From Promethearchaeota archaeon (lineage in GTDB: Archaea > Asgardarchaeota > Lokiarchaeia > Sigyniarchaeales > SOKP01): a stretch of 64,000 nt of DNA. How positions within the stretch are numbered: the first letter of the stretch is position 1; each line of letters opens with the position of its first letter. Positions 39,081 to 49,931 of this stretch are shown in pieces. The stretch is from positions 39,051-103,050 of the forward strand of contig JAGXNO010000006.1 in the NCBI GenBank assembly GCA_019894975.1, given 5' to 3'. Position numbers and translations under genes: made by a program. The notes under the pieces are model-generated. The model saw nothing but the letters and a program-made list of their open reading frames with translations. It did not search any database and was not told the origin of the DNA.

Positions 39081-40274
39081 TTGATCTTCTCGGAAAAAAA
39101 CAACATGAAAAAATATGTATTGCTAATTACTATTAGAGTATTAAAACTCATCAATCAACAACAAAAATTAAAGTTAATAATAAAAAGTCATTTTATAGTT
39201 AAAGAAGGCAAGATTAACTCCCAAATTGCCTTTTTAATGAGATACATTTTAAATATTAAAATGCTTTATGATTTTACGTTTGAAAAAATTATCAAATCTG
39301 ATTTTGAAAAGGTAAAATTCTTTTTTAGTAAAGAAAAAAGAGACTATATTCGAGATTATGCTTACATTAAATATCATATAAAAAAATATAATCAATATCA
39401 GAATCAATATAATATTCCTGGAACAAAAAATATCAGTGGATTAAAATTTTATAATGATCCAAATGTATATCCTCACTTTCAAAAAGATCTAGCAAGATTT
39501 AAAGATCTATTAGTCTTACTCGTGAGTCAAAAAGCTAATGTGACATTTTATAAATTTGGGGATGGAGACTATTATTTTTTACAACAAATAGAGCATGGAA
39601 GTGCAAAACCAGGAGTGAGAGCTTTAAGTAAAACTTATAGTGAGATAAATATCAAACCTTTTATGGAAGGAGTGCTAAAAAATGATTACATTATTGCAGA
39701 TATATTCCCCGGAAGGAATACCATGTTTAATGAATTATTTCCAAAGAGAGAACGGGATTTTCCATCTGATTACTGTCATGCATTGGTAGCAAATAAATGG
39801 TTTTTTAAGACCTTTAAAGGAAAAATCGGTTTAATAGGGGCAAGAGAAAAACTAAAAATAATAGAACAACTAATGCAATATAGAGAATATAGAGAATATC
39901 TAGGAATTGATAAATTTAGTGATTATATTTATATCCCTCAAAAATTTGCAGCTGATGATATCAATACTCTTGAAATAAGTATTGCAAAGCAATTAAAAAA
40001 CTCAAAATCGGAAATATTTTTGTTAGGGATCGGTCATGTGAAATCTGCCCTATTATATAGATTTAAAAAATATAAAGAGGCTGTTTACGTCGATGTTGGG
40101 GGTGCGATTGATGCAATAGCGGGGGTAATGAATATTCGTCGTTTACATATGGCAAAATGGGTAAATTATCAAATCAAGAATTATGATTACTCAAATATAG
40201 ATTATATGAATTATCAGGGATGGGGGAAGCATGTCAATTTAAATAATCATAATTCGTATAAAAACAAAAGTTGA
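39081..40274 (+). CDS. Putative GT-D-fold (DUF1792-like) glycosyltransferase; true start probably a downstream ATG
   Basis: FYKFGDGDY resembles the GT-D RFGDGE motif; LLGIG and DVGGAID resemble the GT-D C-terminal motifs. Confidence 0.55.
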   Translation: MIFSEKNNMKKYVLLITIRVLKLINQQQKLKLIIKSHFIVKEGKINSQIAFLMRYILNIKMLYDFTFEKIIKSDFEKVKFFFSKEKRDYIRDYAYIKYHIKKYNQYQNQYNIPGTKNISGLKFYNDPNVYPHFQKDLARFKDLLVLLVSQKANVTFYKFGDGDYYFLQQIEHGSAKPGVRALSKTYSEINIKPFMEGVLKNDYIIADIFPGRNTMFNELFPKRERDFPSDYCHALVANKWFFKTFKGKIGLIGAREKLKIIEQLMQYREYREYLGIDKFSDYIYIPQKFAADDINTLEISIAKQLKNSKSEIFLLGIGHVKSALLYRFKKYKEAVYVDVGGAIDAIAGVMNIRRLHMAKWVNYQIKNYDYSNIDYMNYQGWGKHVNLNNHNSYKNKS

Positions 40275-40325
40275 AATTTTCAAATATAGAGTTCTTATTA
40301 AAAGATTGCTTCACGAGATATTATT

Positions 40326-41390
40326 TTATTCAATTTTTTCGTTTGGAATAATTGCAAACAAAATTGTTTCAGCTCTACCAGTAGAAAAATGGTCTATATA
40401 AAATTTGTAGTTTAAATTAAAAGAATTAATGTATTTAGGTATTTTATATATGTGTTCAATTTTGTGATAAATAGAAATTGCCAATTTTGGTTGATATTTT
40501 ATAATTGTTTCTTTAGCACCTAATAATCCGGCGACCTCTGCCCCTTCAATATCCATTTTAATAAAATCAATTTTAGCAAGTTTTTTCTCTTTTACAAAAT
40601 CATCAATTGAAATCGTTATTAATTTCTCTGTTGAGTTTTTTTCATTATTGAAAAAAACAACTCCACTAACACCATCTTCATAAAAATTGAGTTCTGTATT
40701 ACTATCTTTCCAAATAGGACGTTTATTAATTTCAATTATATCTTTTAGATTAGGATTTAAATTTAAATTTTCTTTAAAAATTTTTAAATTTCTCTCTAGA
40801 AATTCAAATGAAAAAACTTTACCAAAAATTCCCGTCTTTGCTGCAAAATATAAGGCTGTATCTCCCCAACAAGCTCCTGCATCTATAACATAATCTCCTT
40901 TTTCTACCTCTATTATATTATTGTGTTTATATCGATACTGCTCGATTAAAAATGCAAAAGCTAAACTTGCATTATCATCATATACTCTTAGTGGAAATCC
41001 TATTGACCTTAAATTAAATAGATTTAATTTATATTTCCCATCATCTATAACTTGATTAGAATCGTATAAGCTTTCAAAAAAAGAATTTTTATTTATCCAT
41101 TTTATATTGGCAATGGGAGAAACAAAAACATTTTCAAAGCCAAATACTCTTGCAGAGAGTAATCTAATAAAAACTTGTTTTGAGTATTGATCTTCTAGTA
41201 AATTATAGATTTGAGAAAAATTTCTTAGTTTTCTTATTATTTTAAGAATATTTTTAAGTCTATAGCATTTTTCAAGAAATATTTTGAGAGGGTGTTTCTT
41301 TGCATATATTATCTCTTTTTTGACGAATATTTGTATAGGAAAGAGATCAGAAATCAATTTTATTCCAAATTTTAAATAAAACTTCAACAA
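40326..41390 (-). CDS. FkbM-family methyltransferase
   Basis: VIDAGACWGDTALYFA, IKMDIEGAE, PKLAISIYH. Confidence 0.9.
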   Translation of the reverse strand: MLKFYLKFGIKLISDLFPIQIFVKKEIIYAKKHPLKIFLEKCYRLKNILKIIRKLRNFSQIYNLLEDQYSKQVFIRLLSARVFGFENVFVSPIANIKWINKNSFFESLYDSNQVIDDGKYKLNLFNLRSIGFPLRVYDDNASLAFAFLIEQYRYKHNNIIEVEKGDYVIDAGACWGDTALYFAAKTGIFGKVFSFEFLERNLKIFKENLNLNPNLKDIIEINKRPIWKDSNTELNFYEDGVSGVVFFNNEKNSTEKLITISIDDFVKEKKLAKIDFIKMDIEGAEVAGLLGAKETIIKYQPKLAISIYHKIEHIYKIPKYINSFNLNYKFYIDHFSTGRAETILFAIIPNEKIE

Positions 41391-41683
41391 AGGAAAATCT
41401 CTGCAAATTCAATAAATAACTATATTATCAATCAATTTAAATAATTTAAATTTTACCCCGATTAGAAAAATTAATACAGATAAGAAATGTCGATTTATAT
41501 TTACATGATTAGTTAACTTGTAAATAATTAATCAGCCATTTGCTCTATTCTATAAGAAATTTAAATTCAGGTTATAAAAAATGTAATATTATTTGACTCC
41601 TTGAATCTAATTTAGAATAATTCTATATTATGTATGTAGATCCCATATTTCTTCTGAAATACAAGATGAAGTTTTTTGTATCA

Positions 41684-42757
41684 TCAAAATAAACCTTCAT
41701 AGATTTTTTTAGTTTCTAAAGCATTTCTTTTCCATTCAAGGTCATCCGCTGTTATAAAGTTATTCTCCCCCATTTTTGTTAATTTGTCTTTATTTTGTAT
41801 TGCTTCTTCTAATGCATTTAACAATCCATCCGGTTTTTTAGGATTATAAAGAAATGCTCCTTTTTCATTTACTAATTCTGGAATACAACCCAATCGAGGA
41901 GCTATAACGGGTTTTCCAAAACTCATAGCTAAAAAAATCCCTCCTGGTGTAAGTATTTTTTTATATGAAAATATAATTAAATCAGATGCATTGATATAAA
42001 TCTGAATTTGATCTTGAGCGATGAAGTTTAACATAGGTTGAATATTTGGACTATTCTTTATTCGATTGAGAATGTCTTTCTTGATTTGATTATTCTTTGG
42101 TTTCCCAACTATCAGAAGTTTAACATTTTTATCTCTACTTAACTTTTTAAAACTCTTAATGAGGTGTAAAATTCCTTTATAAGGTCTTATTGAACCAAAA
42201 AATAAAAACACAAGGTCATCGCTTCTTAAGTTTAGATGATTTCGCGCCTTTTCCTTAGAAATCTGATTCTCAAAACATTTAAAAAAACCATGACTAATTA
42301 TATGGATCTTGTTTTCGGGTGCTCCAAACTCTTTTATGAATTTCTTTTTAGCATATTTGCATTGACAAATAATAGCATCAACCTTTTTGGAAAAAAAATT
42401 CTTAATTACTTTTTCCATCTTTGGATAAGCACATTCATGACTATATAAATTATGTATAGTCCAGACTAATTTTGCTCTTAGCAGATATTTTAAAATGTAG
42501 ACATCAATGATGAATGTTAAAGATTTTATCAATGCTCCTATTCTATTTTTAGTGCTAAAACCAGCATAACCCTCAATCCAATGCATATGTATAAAGTTAG
42601 TCTTCAAATTCAGGACATTTCTTGAAATTGGAAATAAAGGTGCTATTTTTTTTAATTTTATCGGAAAAATTACTTGAAAACCTTCATTATAAAGGTCATT
42701 TGCGACACAATGGCATCCAAATCCTATATTGGGCATAAAAATTATTTTTTTTTTCAA
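41684..42757 (-). CDS. Glycosyltransferase family 4
   Basis: HMHW, WTIHN, FFGSIRPYKG, AMSFGKPVIAP. Confidence 0.88.
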   Translation of the reverse strand: MKKKIIFMPNIGFGCHCVANDLYNEGFQVIFPIKLKKIAPLFPISRNVLNLKTNFIHMHWIEGYAGFSTKNRIGALIKSLTFIIDVYILKYLLRAKLVWTIHNLYSHECAYPKMEKVIKNFFSKKVDAIICQCKYAKKKFIKEFGAPENKIHIISHGFFKCFENQISKEKARNHLNLRSDDLVFLFFGSIRPYKGILHLIKSFKKLSRDKNVKLLIVGKPKNNQIKKDILNRIKNSPNIQPMLNFIAQDQIQIYINASDLIIFSYKKILTPGGIFLAMSFGKPVIAPRLGCIPELVNEKGAFLYNPKKPDGLLNALEEAIQNKDKLTKMGENNFITADDLEWKRNALETKKIYEGLF

Positions 42758-43102
42758 TTATTTTTCCCATTTTCACGAAAATTTTTGAATGTATAATCAG
42801 TATGAGACAATAATAGAATACGCTCCTTCACTATTAATTTTTTGGTTCGACAATATATTGCAATGGATTATCCAATAATTTATTGTATAAACTCCTTTTC
42901 CCAAAAGATTTTTAAGATTTTTTTAATATTAAAAATTGATGAAATTAAAGAGTTTTATTTCTAAAATCGAAATTTTTTACGAAAAATATCTATCAAGAAT
43001 AGAAAAGGGTTATTTATTAAAATTTGATTTTATTTATAGAAATTATTTACGTTTAGTAAGAGGTTTTAGATTTTTTCCAAAAATCCTGAAAAAATCCCCT
43101 GG

Positions 43103-43759
43103 ATGAACAATACTTTAAAAAATAGAGAAGAAGTAAACCTTGCTATTAAAATCATTAAAGCTTCGAATTTAAATCTTCATAATGTTCCTGAGAAAAATTG
43201 GGACTCATTAATTGCTTTAAAAATAATAACTCAAAATACAAATAGTTCAGCGAAGATTTTGGATGCGGGAGGTGAAAAGGTTTCTTTAATTCTTTTTTGG
43301 CTTTATCAATTAGGATTCTCTAATTTGAAATGTTTGAATTTACTGTTTGAAAAAAGGATGAAAAGAGGGAAAATTGAATTTATTCCTGGAGATTTAACCA
43401 AGACCGACTTTCCTAATAATCATTTTGACATCATTACATGTATTAGTGTAATTGAACATGGTGTAGATGAAGCAAAATATTTTAAAGAGATGAATAGAAT
43501 TTTAAAAAAAGGGGGTTTACTTATTACATCTACTGATTATTGGGAAAGTAAAATAGATACTAGCGGGAAATTCGAATTTAACAACCCAATTTTTATTTAC
43601 GATAGAGATTCGGTTAAAAGATTATTAAATATTGCCTTTAAATCAAATTTCAGATTATTTGGTCCAGAAATAGACCTAAATTGTCAATATAAAGTAGTAA
43701 ATTGGAACAGGTTTAATTTAGATTATACTTTTCTAATTTTTTGCTTACAAAAAATGTGA
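43103..43759 (+). CDS. Class I SAM-dependent methyltransferase
   Basis: ILDAGG, FDIITCISVIEHG, RILKKGGLLITSTD. Confidence 0.85.
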   Translation: MNNTLKNREEVNLAIKIIKASNLNLHNVPEKNWDSLIALKIITQNTNSSAKILDAGGEKVSLILFWLYQLGFSNLKCLNLLFEKRMKRGKIEFIPGDLTKTDFPNNHFDIITCISVIEHGVDEAKYFKEMNRILKKGGLLITSTDYWESKIDTSGKFEFNNPIFIYDRDSVKRLLNIAFKSNFRLFGPEIDLNCQYKVVNWNRFNLDYTFLIFCLQKM

Positions 43760-43787
43760 AAAAATTTGACTCGTTTACAAATTGGTT

Positions 43788-44756
43788 TTAGGTATTTAGT
43801 TTTATGAATATATCTTCTAGACTTGTTTCTAATTCTTTAATTTGCTTAATAGGATATTTTTGAAGAATTCCAAATATTTTTGGATAACAATGTCGATCTT
43901 GAATATTAAAAAATACATTATCTTTATTCCTCTCTACATCACTAATGTAATTTAGAGTACTTAATTCATCACTTAATTCTATAATTTTATCTAAACCGAT
44001 CTTTATTTGAATTTTGATTTCTTTTTGAAGGAATTTTACAAAATTTTCTTTTGTATCAACTTTTATAATATTCCCTTCTTTAAGAAAACCAATCCTACTA
44101 CATATAGCTTCTACTACATTCATTTGATGAGATGCTATCATTATGGTTTTATTGAGATTTTTTAATACAGTCATTAAATCACTAACTATGGTTGGATCTA
44201 AGCCTAGCATTGGTTCGTCTAGGAATAGAATTTTTGAATCTATTAATAAAATCCTTGCCAAGGCTAATTTTATCTTCATACCACTAGAGTAGGTCTCTAC
44301 TAACTGATGTAACTTATTTGTTAAACCCAACATTTCAATGATGTCCTTTATTTTCCCTTCATAATTCTTTATATTATAGATTTTAGCGAAGAATTTTAGA
44401 TTTTTATAACCTGTTAGTCTATAATATATCATATCGGCTCCAAGCAACAAGCCTACATTCTTTTTTACGAAATATTGTTCTTTTAAGACATTTCTACCAA
44501 GAATTTTGGCATAACCCTCTGATGGTTGTATTAGAGATGTTAGAATTGAGAGTAAAGTTGTTTTACCTGCTCCATTTGGGCCAAGTAAACCAAATATTTC
44601 ACCTTCCTTTATTTTTAAATTTATTTTATTTAATGCTGTTAATTGCTGAGCTTTTCCTCTTATCTTGTATCTTTTTGTTAAATTAAATGTTTCTATCACA
44701 TAGTTTTCATCAATTATCTCATTTAACTTGGGTAAATTATCAATATTTGTTGTCAT
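43788..44756 (-). CDS. ABC transporter ATP-binding protein (ABC-2/DrrA-like)
   Basis: GPNGAGKTT, YSSGMK, FLDEP, SHQM; probable ATG at 44756, immediately after the permease stop. Confidence 0.92.
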   Translation of the reverse strand: MTTNIDNLPKLNEIIDENYVIETFNLTKRYKIRGKAQQLTALNKINLKIKEGEIFGLLGPNGAGKTTLLSILTSLIQPSEGYAKILGRNVLKEQYFVKKNVGLLLGADMIYYRLTGYKNLKFFAKIYNIKNYEGKIKDIIEMLGLTNKLHQLVETYSSGMKIKLALARILLIDSKILFLDEPMLGLDPTIVSDLMTVLKNLNKTIMIASHQMNVVEAICSRIGFLKEGNIIKVDTKENFVKFLQKEIKIQIKIGLDKIIELSDELSTLNYISDVERNKDNVFFNIQDRHCYPKIFGILQKYPIKQIKELETSLEDIFIKLNT

Positions 44757-44757
44757 G

Positions 44758-45591
44758 CTAATATCCAGATATTCCAAATTTATCATAGAATGTATTGAAA
44801 AGATAGACTGAAAAAATTGGTAATATTATTGTACCTCCTATAACTACAATAAGGTGAATTGGAGTTAAAAATGCTATAGCTGATTCAAAATCAATTCCCA
44901 TTAGCCAAACAATTCGTATTAAATCAATAAAATAATAAATAGGATTTAATAAAATAATGGGTCGTATAATTTCAGGAAAAATTTGTAAAGGATAACTCAA
45001 ACAACCCAACCAGAATAAAAGCGTCAATCCAAGTTCGAACACACTATAGATCCCTTCTTTTGTAATAACCAAAATCCCCAATATCAATCCTAAACATCCA
45101 AATAAGACTGAAATAGATAGAAATGAAAGAATAACAAGAATAAGATAAAAAATGTTTATTGGGAATAATATATAGGCGATAATAAAGAAAGCGATAAAAG
45201 GAATACTCACCAATATGATTTCAGCTATGAGAAAACCAAATAGAAGGACATAACGATTTACAGGGGCAACCATTAAAGCCTGTAGAGTTTTCCAATATTT
45301 TTCTCGGTTAAATAAATATGGAAAATTAAGGACAATTTTTCTCAAAAATTGAACACAGAAGGCAATAAATAAGAATAGAACAAAATTTGCACCCGTCCAA
45401 TATCCAAATTGATAATCCTCTCTTATTGTAAAAATTACATTAAAAATAATTAATGGCATCAAAATCTGAATGAACGGGTTAAAATATCGTGTAAAAATTG
45501 ATAATTTAAATCTAAATTCAAGATAAAGATTTCTTTCTACAAAAGCTTTTATTTGCTTGATATTAGTTCTTAAAGATTTTTTGGATACCAT
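44758..45591 (-). CDS. ABC-2 type transporter permease
   Basis: About 6 TM segments, REKYWKTLQALMVAPV, YPL..P...LNPIYYFIDLIR. Confidence 0.88.
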   Translation of the reverse strand: MVSKKSLRTNIKQIKAFVERNLYLEFRFKLSIFTRYFNPFIQILMPLIIFNVIFTIREDYQFGYWTGANFVLFLFIAFCVQFLRKIVLNFPYLFNREKYWKTLQALMVAPVNRYVLLFGFLIAEIILVSIPFIAFFIIAYILFPINIFYLILVILSFLSISVLFGCLGLILGILVITKEGIYSVFELGLTLLFWLGCLSYPLQIFPEIIRPIILLNPIYYFIDLIRIVWLMGIDFESAIAFLTPIHLIVVIGGTIILPIFSVYLFNTFYDKFGISGY

Positions 45592-45829
45592 ATTAAATAA
45601 CAATTTGGGAAAGTGGTATTATGATTTAATTATAAGGTTAACAAAATCGTATCTTGAAAATATTAAATTCTACTTATCTATTAAATTTTGGTGTTAGAAT
45701 CCATTTCCAATTATTTTTTTAGACGAGGAAACCTTTTCTCAAAAAGAAAGAGAATTTTTTGTATTTAACATTAAAAGCAACTATGGAGAAAGTACCAATG
45801 GTGAATATATTTCATCGAAAAATACAAGT

Positions 45830-47020
45830 CTATTTAAATAAATTCTTTATTAAATTTGATAAATCTCTTATAGATTTTTCGATAGAGAACTTATTATATA
45901 TCTCATCTATTTCATGTTCTGATATGAATATGGGATTTTTTATTATTTCATCAATTTCCTTAATCCATAATTTGAGATCTATAGGGAGTATTCTTAAAAA
46001 TTTTTTATCTTTTAAAAAGTAATTTGCGCCACAATTCGGAGAAGAAATAACAGGAGTACCATTTAGAATACTTTCAATTATTATCCTTCCAAATGCATCT
46101 GTTAAAAAAGATGGGACTAATGTAATACTTGAGCTTTGATATAACTCATCTAAAACCTTATTTGGAACACGTCCAAAGTTCGTGATCTTTGTCTGAATAT
46201 CACTTAATTTCTTATCAGGAATTAGATTTCCGACTATTACAATTTTATAGTCTTCTGGAATTTCCTTTGCTAACCTTAAAATAAAATCTAAACCTTTATG
46301 AGATGATTCATAACTTGGAATGATAAATAAAAGTTCCTTCTTTTTTTTGGTTGTATTATTCCTTTCCTTTTCATCGATAGGGGTAATGTTCATTATCTTT
46401 ATCTTTTCTGATTTTATCTGACGTGTTAAAAAGGATTTTATTAATTTTGATGCAACCAAAATAACTGTGGCTTTATTTAATATAGCTAAATTCAATTTAC
46501 ATGAAAAATATCTAATCATATATGCGAGGTTAGATATAGAGGCTTTTAGAGAATGTTCCCATTCTTTAGGTTTATTACCTATTAATACTCTTAAAGATCT
46601 CCATTTTCTAATACAATCATAACAAATTTTTCTGTTCTCAATTCTTGGGCATGCTTTACCATAACCAATAATATCTACAAATTTAGGACAAAAATCTGAA
46701 GAATCACGCACAATGTTGATAATCGGGATTTGGCATAATTTTGCAGCTATAGTTGCTGCAAATGATATTCTAGTTTGAGTAATTATAATGTCTGGTTTGA
46801 TTTTTTTGATAGTTAGAAGAATTTTTGGGATAAGAACGTAGTTTTCAAGACTTATCCTCTTAAATATTTTTTGATATATTAGATTAGGTTTACCAAAGTA
46901 ATATTCAATTTGAAAATCTTCTGTTTTTTTTAAACCGAGGGATATATTTAATATACTCTTTTCTGCGCCTCCAATGCCTTTATTTTTTAAACGTGGTAAA
47001 ATTAGGAGTATTTTTATCAT
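45830..47020 (-). CDS. Glycosyltransferase family 4 with Cys-rich insertion
   Basis: GGAE, DFCPK..C..CYDC, HKG, VPSFLTDAFGRIIIES. Confidence 0.85.
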   Translation of the reverse strand: MIKILLILPRLKNKGIGGAEKSILNISLGLKKTEDFQIEYYFGKPNLIYQKIFKRISLENYVLIPKILLTIKKIKPDIIITQTRISFAATIAAKLCQIPIINIVRDSSDFCPKFVDIIGYGKACPRIENRKICYDCIRKWRSLRVLIGNKPKEWEHSLKASISNLAYMIRYFSCKLNLAILNKATVILVASKLIKSFLTRQIKSEKIKIMNITPIDEKERNNTTKKKKELLFIIPSYESSHKGLDFILRLAKEIPEDYKIVIVGNLIPDKKLSDIQTKITNFGRVPNKVLDELYQSSSITLVPSFLTDAFGRIIIESILNGTPVISSPNCGANYFLKDKKFLRILPIDLKLWIKEIDEIIKNPIFISEHEIDEIYNKFSIEKSIRDLSNLIKNLFK

Positions 47021-47176
47021 ATCTAATGCATTTAGTAAGAAGTCTTATTTTATAAAGTAATAATTGAATTAATAATTATAATACATTTGATAAATATTGT
47101 AAAAATTATATTAAAATTGCCTTAAATTTTTAATAATTAAATTAAAAACACAGCTTTAATTATTATTAATCATAGT

Positions 47177-48328
47177 ATGGAAGATCTTATACCTATTAAA
47201 GATGTAATTGAAGAAAACATTCGAGTCCAAGAACTTGAGAAACAAGGTTTCATTATTAAACCAGAAAAAATAGAAGATTATTTAAAAGATTTTAAAGATC
47301 AAAAATCTGCTCTACCAGATAAAACTTATTGGAAAAATAAACGAGTTCTGATTACGGGGATAAGTGGTTTTGCGGGTAGTCATTTAGCCGAACAACTATT
47401 AGATTTAAATTGCGAAGTTCATGGAACAATAAGAAGACACGCTGTACCGATGCATGAAAACATTGAGCACTTAAGAGGGAAAATTTTTTTACATGAAGCA
47501 GATATTACCAGCGCTGAAAGACTGTATAGTATCTTTGAGGAAATAAAACCGAATGCCGTGTTTCATCTTGCAGCGGAGTCTTTTGTACCTACATCATTTA
47601 GAGAACCAGTAAGAGTAACTCATAACAATATTGTGGGAACTATAAAGATTTTTGAAGCTGCTAGAAGATTTGATGATGAATTGGAAAGTATTCAAGTCGC
47701 ATGTAGTAGTGAACAGTATGGGTTAGTAGATCCTAATGAAATCCCTGTAACTGAAGACATTAAAAAAAATCCATTTCGACCAAGAAGTATCTATGGAATA
47801 ACTAAATGTGCTACAGAACAAATAGCTTGGCTATACTATAATGCTTACCGTGTTCCATCAGTCATCAGTCGGGGATTTAATCACGAAGGTCCAAGAAGAG
47901 GTATCCAATTTGTAACTAGTGTCATACATAGACAAATTGTAGAGATTCTAAACAAGAAGAGAGAAAACATTATTATAGGAAATCCTAATGCAATTAGAGA
48001 TTTTACACATGTTAAAGATACGGTTAATGCCTACATTATCTTAAGCGAGAAAAAGATTTTTGGTGAACCCTTTAATGTTTGTTCAGGTAAAGGTATTACT
48101 ATTGCCGATTATGCGAAATTAGCAATAAATCTTTATAATTTGAAGACAAATATCTTTGTAGATAAAAAAAGACTGAGACCCAGCGAGGTACCATTATTGA
48201 TTGGCAGAAATGATAAAATTTTAAGGGAGACTGGATGGAGACCAACAAGATCTATAATTGAAATAATAAAAGAAGGAGTTGAATACTTCCAACAACATCC
48301 AGAACAATTAGGGATTGAAGCTCATTAA
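47177..48328 (+). CDS. GDP-mannose 4,6-dehydratase-like SDR
   Basis: ITGISGFAGSH, HLAAESFVPTSF, SSEQYG, YGITK, FNHEGPRRG. Confidence 0.85.
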   Translation: MEDLIPIKDVIEENIRVQELEKQGFIIKPEKIEDYLKDFKDQKSALPDKTYWKNKRVLITGISGFAGSHLAEQLLDLNCEVHGTIRRHAVPMHENIEHLRGKIFLHEADITSAERLYSIFEEIKPNAVFHLAAESFVPTSFREPVRVTHNNIVGTIKIFEAARRFDDELESIQVACSSEQYGLVDPNEIPVTEDIKKNPFRPRSIYGITKCATEQIAWLYYNAYRVPSVISRGFNHEGPRRGIQFVTSVIHRQIVEILNKKRENIIIGNPNAIRDFTHVKDTVNAYIILSEKKIFGEPFNVCSGKGITIADYAKLAINLYNLKTNIFVDKKRLRPSEVPLLIGRNDKILRETGWRPTRSIIEIIKEGVEYFQQHPEQLGIEAH

Positions 48329-48416
48329 TTTTGAAATCCAATTAATGTTTAAATCAAGAGTAGATTATTCTGAAAATATCAAAATTTTATTATACTTATT
48401 TTTATTATAATTTTTA

Positions 48417-49883
48417 ATGAAAAGAGAACGAGATAAAAAGGCAGTTATACTAATAACAATAGATGCTTTAAGGGCAGATCATTTGGGACCTTATGGATAT
48501 CAACTACGTACTGCACCAAATTTAGAAAAATTCGTTGAAAAAGGAACTATCTTTATGAATGCTGTAGCAAATGGCCCTGAATCTCCAACTTCATTTTCAT
48601 CAATCTTTACTTCAATTTTACCTCTTTTGGATGGAGGATTTAGCCCATTACCTAGAGAAAAAATTACAATAGCTCAAATATTAAACGAATATGGAATTTT
48701 TACTTATGGAATTCATTGTAATCCTAATCTTGGAAGTTTCTTTAACTATGATCGTGGATTTAATATCTTTATAGATGGAGAAAGATTTAGAACTGTATCC
48801 AAAATAAAAGAGAATAAAAACCTTAAGCAAATAACTTTCTCACTTATAAGTACGATTATATTTAATATAAAATTTTTTAATAAATTGATGTATCGGTTAA
48901 AAGGTTTTAATAAAGTAAAAGGATGGCTCAGAAAAATACCTCTTATTACAGATATAATACTACCATTTATACCAATTGCTTACAATGCTCCCTACGTAAC
49001 TAATCGAGTTATATCCGTATTAGCCAAAAAAAAGAAGCCAATCTTTTTATGGGCTCATTATATGGATGTTCATAACCCATATAACCCCCCCACTCGAAAT
49101 ATCTTAAATTTTACAAAAAAGGACATCTCTCTTAATCGTAAAGAGTATTTAAATGAAAATTTATTAAAAAAAAAGAAAAAAATTAAAATTACACCCGCTA
49201 TATTGGATGATCTGAAGCTTCTTTATAATGGTGAAATAAATTATGTTGATGAATACTTAGGAAAACTTTTAGAATTCATTCAGGTCCGATTTCAAAATAA
49301 TTGTTTAATAATTATTACTTCAGACCATGGAGAAAGTTTTTATGAACATGGTTTTTTTGGCCATCAAGCTAATCTTTTTGAAGAATTATTACACGTTCCA
49401 CTCTTTATCGTTGAATTGGGAAAAAATATTGAACTACATAAAATTCAAGAAAATGTTCAATTACTTGACATCGCACCAACAATACTTAATTATTTTGGAA
49501 TTCCTATTCCAGATAACTTTCAAGGTGAAAGCCTTTTACCATTAGTTGACGAAAATTCAAGTTATAGAGAAAGATTCATAATTTCCGAATGTTATCAAAA
49601 AAATGGGATAATGAAAAGAAATAAGGATGAAGGATTTATAATGATCTCTATTAGATCCGATGAATGGAAATATATCCATGATGAGGAAAATAATCAAGAA
49701 TTTCTTTTCAATTTAAAATCAGATCCAAAAGAACAAAGTAATTTAATTAACAAAGAGTTAATTAAGGCAAATAAATTTAGAGAAATTAGAGATGAACACG
49801 TAAATAAAATAAGTTTGGTTGATGAAAAGTCAAAAATATTAAGAAACATTGAAACTTTAGATTTGAAAAAAAGTTTAAAATAA
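48417..49883 (+). CDS. Sulfatase-fold protein lacking the formylglycine motif
   Basis: ITIDALRADHL, GPESPTSFSSIFTS, HYMDVHNPY, SDHGE, HVPL, DIAPTIL. Confidence 0.85.
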   Translation: MKRERDKKAVILITIDALRADHLGPYGYQLRTAPNLEKFVEKGTIFMNAVANGPESPTSFSSIFTSILPLLDGGFSPLPREKITIAQILNEYGIFTYGIHCNPNLGSFFNYDRGFNIFIDGERFRTVSKIKENKNLKQITFSLISTIIFNIKFFNKLMYRLKGFNKVKGWLRKIPLITDIILPFIPIAYNAPYVTNRVISVLAKKKKPIFLWAHYMDVHNPYNPPTRNILNFTKKDISLNRKEYLNENLLKKKKKIKITPAILDDLKLLYNGEINYVDEYLGKLLEFIQVRFQNNCLIIITSDHGESFYEHGFFGHQANLFEELLHVPLFIVELGKNIELHKIQENVQLLDIAPTILNYFGIPIPDNFQGESLLPLVDENSSYRERFIISECYQKNGIMKRNKDEGFIMISIRSDEWKYIHDEENNQEFLFNLKSDPKEQSNLINKELIKANKFREIRDEHVNKISLVDEKSKILRNIETLDLKKSLK

Positions 49884-49931
49884 GAAACTTATGAATCCCA
49901 TCAAATTAATAGAACAGATGAGTGTAAGTAA

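Noticed and set aside
42758-43102. Possible gene remnant upstream of the GT4
   Set aside because: Short frames interrupted by stops, with no recognisable motif; cannot be supported.
43788-45591. ABC pair as Wzm/Wzt polysaccharide exporter
   Set aside because: The ATPase looks like the generic DrrA/ABC-2 type without a Wzt carbohydrate-binding domain; the substrate cannot be assigned from sequence.
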